Shown: positions 60,995-64,000 of the stretch, piece by piece
Layout of the letters: each line of letters opens with the position of its first letter
Position numbering within the stretch: the first letter of the stretch is position 1
Notes under the pieces: model-generated
The model's database searches: none
What the model was told of the DNA's origin: nothing
Seen by the model: only the letters and a program-made list of their open reading frames with translations
Translations under genes and position numbers: made by a program
Assembly: GCA_025786725.1 (NCBI GenBank)
Contig: JAHLTZ010000006.1
Span: 310,001-374,000 of the forward strand
Direction: 5' to 3'
Origin: Syncephalis fuscata S228
Taxonomy: Eukaryota > Fungi > Zoopagomycota
Length of the DNA stretch: 64,000 bases

Positions 60995-63949
60995 TTTACC
61001 ATTCGAGAGGATATTCTATTTATCAAATGATAATATAACTCGACAACAATGGTATATCATTTATTGAAGCAGTTCTCGTTCGATGGAAATTCATGTATAT
61101 ATATTTATATATATGTATCTATATATATATATACGGTGATGTTTATTTTTTAGATGGAGCCGTGTATTATTGTATATATCATTTTTCTCTAGTCGTTAAT
61201 ACACACAAACACATATACAACGTATATACACACATAGGCATTGACTATAAGGATGATCTATTTATTGGCGTATATATATATATATATACATATATATAGA
61301 TCGTTGTATGTATGTATGTTGCGTGTCTGTATGTATTTTGTATACAGTATAAAACGGCTATGATCTCTTTTACTATAACTATTATTATTACGTATTTTTC
61401 TTTTCTTGATTTAATTTGATTTATTTTGATGGATGTGATGTGATGTGATTAATAATTGGTTATGAATGATTCACATTATGGGTAATTTGAGATTAATATT
61501 ACAAAATATGATCCATATTATATATTATATTATATTATATATTATATAGATTACTAACTATAGATTTAAATCATTATTTTATTTGTATTAATAGAAGAAG
61601 AAGAAGAAGACAAAGAAATCATCGCCTTTACGATTAAATCTATCTCCCAATACAAATGATATGCCTATCAAGTCATTGGCACCTGCTCAACAAACAATAT
61701 TGCTAACACCGAATGAAATAGTGGCATCACCGATTAGTGAACATATTACTCGATTACCGTTAGTTGGCAATTCTCCATTGCCATCACAGGATAAAATAGT
61801 AGAATTTACTACCAATGAACCTACAACGGCAGAACCACGTCAGCCTTTAGTGCGTTTACTCTCTCGTGGTAAATCACCGGCTGTATCGATGGTGGTTGAT
61901 TGGGGATCGGCCGATGAACATACATGGACACCGCGTGGATCCATTTACTCACCCAACTATTCACCGATGCCGACCATCGAGAATGAAGAGCGTAAATTGA
62001 CCAATCCTGTAAAGATTGAACGGAAAGGATCGATGGCAGGTCGTATTGAAGCATCAGCCCGTGCATTATGGCGTCGATCAACAGCATCATTGGCCGATAT
62101 AACGCGCAATAATGAACAGAGTCCTCAGCTTGATCAGGTACCGAATAGTACACAGGTGGCACAAATAGCGGCTGCAAACATTGTTGCTGCCACTCAAGAT
62201 ATGACACCAGAGGATATGCTTAGACGGCATTCACTATCTCGTCGTCATTCAACGATCTATTCACTGGCATCGAAGTCATCAAGTCCACGACATTCGATAG
62301 CATTATCGGAAGAATGTGCACAAGCCGTGTTGTCACCACCGTTTGTTAACCATGCTATACGCACATCTATTAGTTCAAATCGACCAGCTAGTCCATTGCA
62401 GCATCCAGACAACAGTAAGGTATTACAGTGGCGATATCCACGTCTACGGAGACTGCTGTGCCTAGTATGCCAGTTAAGAAAATGTCTATGGCCTCTACTC
62501 ATCCATTACCACCATTATCGGCACTATCTAATAGTCATACGGCGATAACGGATTCGGCAGCCACGGCAGCCATTCTATCCGCCACGGCTCGACCTGGCAC
62601 CTTCCGACGACGAAGCCGTTTAGTGCCGCCGGTACAACAAAGTACACCGCCATTACGTCAACTGCACGATCGATCAGTTGCGCTTTTACAACGATTACAA
62701 AAAGCGGAACCACGGGCATTGAATCGACGATTGAAACGTGCCTATGATGCGGAAGAATTGGCCACACTAGCTAGTTCGGTACTTGATGATGTTATGGATG
62801 ATGTACATACTCTACCAGATCGATTTACCTGGTTACTCTACCCAAAGACACAGATAAATGGCAAAATCCTGTGGAGACAATTGATACAGAGACAGAACAA
62901 GCGAGTGATATGAATCAAGTACCATTTACTACAACACTGGGCGATTTTATTGCTATTGTTGATTTGGTAGCTCGTTTATTAGAGGAAGCAGTCGAGTTAC
63001 AGCGTACAATAAACTCATTGGCGCTATCCTACGTACAAGCGACCGAGGAGCGAAGTCGTGAGGCAGTAGGCACGGATTATATTGGCGATGCGATGCACGC
63101 GGTGTGGCAGGTGCGAGGCTCTACGGGCATTGGCGGTGGTGAAGAGGCAGCGACAGCGTTTGCAGCATATGACATCGCAGTAGGTGTCTTTTTCTACGCG
63201 CGAGAGAGAAAGAAATATATAGATAGATAGAGATATAAAGATATATAGCGTGTATGGATATGGGAGAGTGATATGGGAATCTATTAACATGACACTAACA
63301 TGATACTATTTGTTTATTATTATTATAGCGTATGAAACAGAGTAATCAATCAGCGGCACGAGTGTATCAATCAATGCCTAATCGACGTGGTGCTACTATC
63401 GGACCGGGTACATGGGCTGATTGGGCTCATCAACAGTTTGTCGGATTACGTAGACAACAGGCGATGCAAGCAAATACGATATCACCACAACGCGGTACCA
63501 TTTCAGATGATGTAACGAATGGAGCGTTTGGACGACGTCGACCACGACTTATTACCTTCCAAAGCAAGCCAACCATCTATTCAGGCGAGAATGGTAATAG
63601 CAATGGTAATACCGAGTCATTAATAGCATCTACTTCTACGAGTGCACCACTACCACCACCACCAACTGTTCCCATAACCCGTGTACTTACTGCTCGTGAC
63701 GTGCTTTTAAATCGAGCAGGCTGGACACCTAGTGGTGATGATACTAGTGGTGGCAATGATACATCAGCAGCCGCTAATGATGCAAGTGCCATGCTAAAAA
63801 GACGAGAGACTATTGCCGCCATGGAGCGGAATAGTGCACGTCAGCGTGCTTCATGGTGGTGGCCACAGCCATTAGCAGCTTATTTTGTCGGTACGGCTAA
63901 TACGGTAAATAGTGGTAGCAGCAGTAGCAATAATGGTATTACTTCTTAA
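56374..63949 (+). CDS. Large uncharacterised low-complexity/coiled-coil protein, about 9 exons
   Basis: Exons join through GT-AG introns; S/T-rich region, then RDEDLRLAAEIGQTLLEK and a heptad-rich region, C-terminal LNRRLKRAYD segment. Single-gene model is inferred. Confidence 0.7.
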
Positions 63950-64000
63950 AAGACTATTCATTCAGTCATCCATTCATTCATCTAATCATTTACTCAGTAC

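Overview
AT-rich eukaryotic DNA with short GT-AG introns (GTAAGT donors, CTAAC branch points). Gene content and style suggest an early-diverging fungus, possibly Zoopagomycota/Syncephalis-like (inference only). Protein genes: Nudix hydrolase (runs off the left edge), phosphofructokinase, GRAM/VASt sterol-transfer protein, SCP2 protein, nucleotidyltransferase-like/ankyrin protein, histidine acid phosphatase, three tandem signal-peptide kinases, dynein light chain roadblock (absent from the ORF track), RNA polymerase I largest subunit, a duplicated STYX-like phosphatase and a long coiled-coil protein. Many conserved genes carry single-base frameshifts that look like uncorrected read errors. Main discovery: four relics of Fanzor (eukaryotic TnpB-like RNA-guided nuclease), largely invisible in the ORF track. 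Three belong to one family of 0.6-0.75 kb elements with 17-bp TIRs flanked by TA, and two of these share a conserved hairpin-forming 3' non-coding end that fits an omegaRNA scaffold. Also notable: a 5S rRNA gene 7 nt upstream of tRNA-Asp with no terminator between, a 36-aa secreted cationic micropeptide gene, an 82-bp tandem array of intron-like units, and an AC-rich array enclosed by two nested inverted-repeat pairs. All alignments and translations outside the ORF track were done by eye.
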